DNA of 64,000 nt from Nitrosopumilus sp. (GTDB lineage: Archaea > Thermoproteota > Nitrososphaeria > Nitrososphaerales > Nitrosopumilaceae): NCBI GenBank assembly GCA_965205425.1, contig CBDBGZ010000005.1, forward strand, positions 160,001 through 224,000. Direction: 5' to 3'. The notes under the pieces are model-generated. The model saw only the letters and a program-made list of their open reading frames with translations, ran no database searches and was not told where the DNA came from. Positions 63,641-64,000 of the stretch are shown one piece after another (within the stretch, counting starts at the first letter, position 1; each line of letters begins with the position of its first letter). The translations under genes were made by a program, and so were the position numbers.

Positions 63641-64000
63641 AAATATGAGTTTATGAATATTGTTAATTAAAAAAAATTAATGCCTTAGATATTTCTAAAG
63701 CTGGTCGTCGGTGTTACCTGATTTGTTCATTTTACACCAACAATTTGGGCTACAAATTGAATTAAAACTTGACATTTTAATCATCAGATACTAGCCAAGA
63801 AAGGCCAATTGCTTCTTCCCAATTTGATTGATAATTGTTATCTTGCATATTTCACTCTGGTAAAATTTCTATTTAATATCGATGAACGATTTGTTAGTAT
63901 GATTTCTCAGTATCAATTAGTAGTGATTCTTTATATTAAATTTGAAGTGTACATAGTACCAGACCATACCTGGTGACGATTCAAATCCTAGATTCATTTT

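Noticed and set aside
63690..64000. Several 23-30-codon minus-strand ORFs at the window end
   Set aside because: Too short, with no motif or context to support them.

Overview
AT-rich chromosomal window from an ammonia-oxidising archaeon (Nitrosopumilus-like Nitrososphaerota). The assignment rests on TFB, PolB1, Rps26e, archaeal ThrRS, parvulin, the meaB-mcm-mce genes of the 3-hydroxypropionate/4-hydroxybutyrate cycle, ppdK-tpiA and many small Cys-rich proteins. The backbone carries 13 insertion sequences from about 8 families (IS481 x2, IS5/IS903-group x2, ISH3 x3, IS630 x2, IS66, IS110, IS1595, one IS4/IS5-clan DDE element) plus three ~132-bp IS630-related MITEs, about 15 kb (~24%) by my boundary calls. 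Highlights: (1) an intact IS110 recombinase whose ~200-nt 3' non-coding end has bridge-RNA-like architecture and short matches to its reconstructed target and donor; (2) a 4.3-kb inversion between two IS5 copies, shown by a split 9-bp target duplication; (3) a MITE family sharing ends with a local IS630; (4) a 16-bp direct repeat around one IS481 copy; (5) the same +1 frameshift in all three ISH3 copies; (6) micro-ORFs behind a repeated 23-bp promoter unit; (7) a membrane protein with two AmoC/PmoC-like D-x3-H-x12-H motifs; (8) several structured intergenic RNA candidates. No tRNA, rRNA or CRISPR array was seen. Coordinates were counted by hand and family calls come from motif recognition, not database searches.
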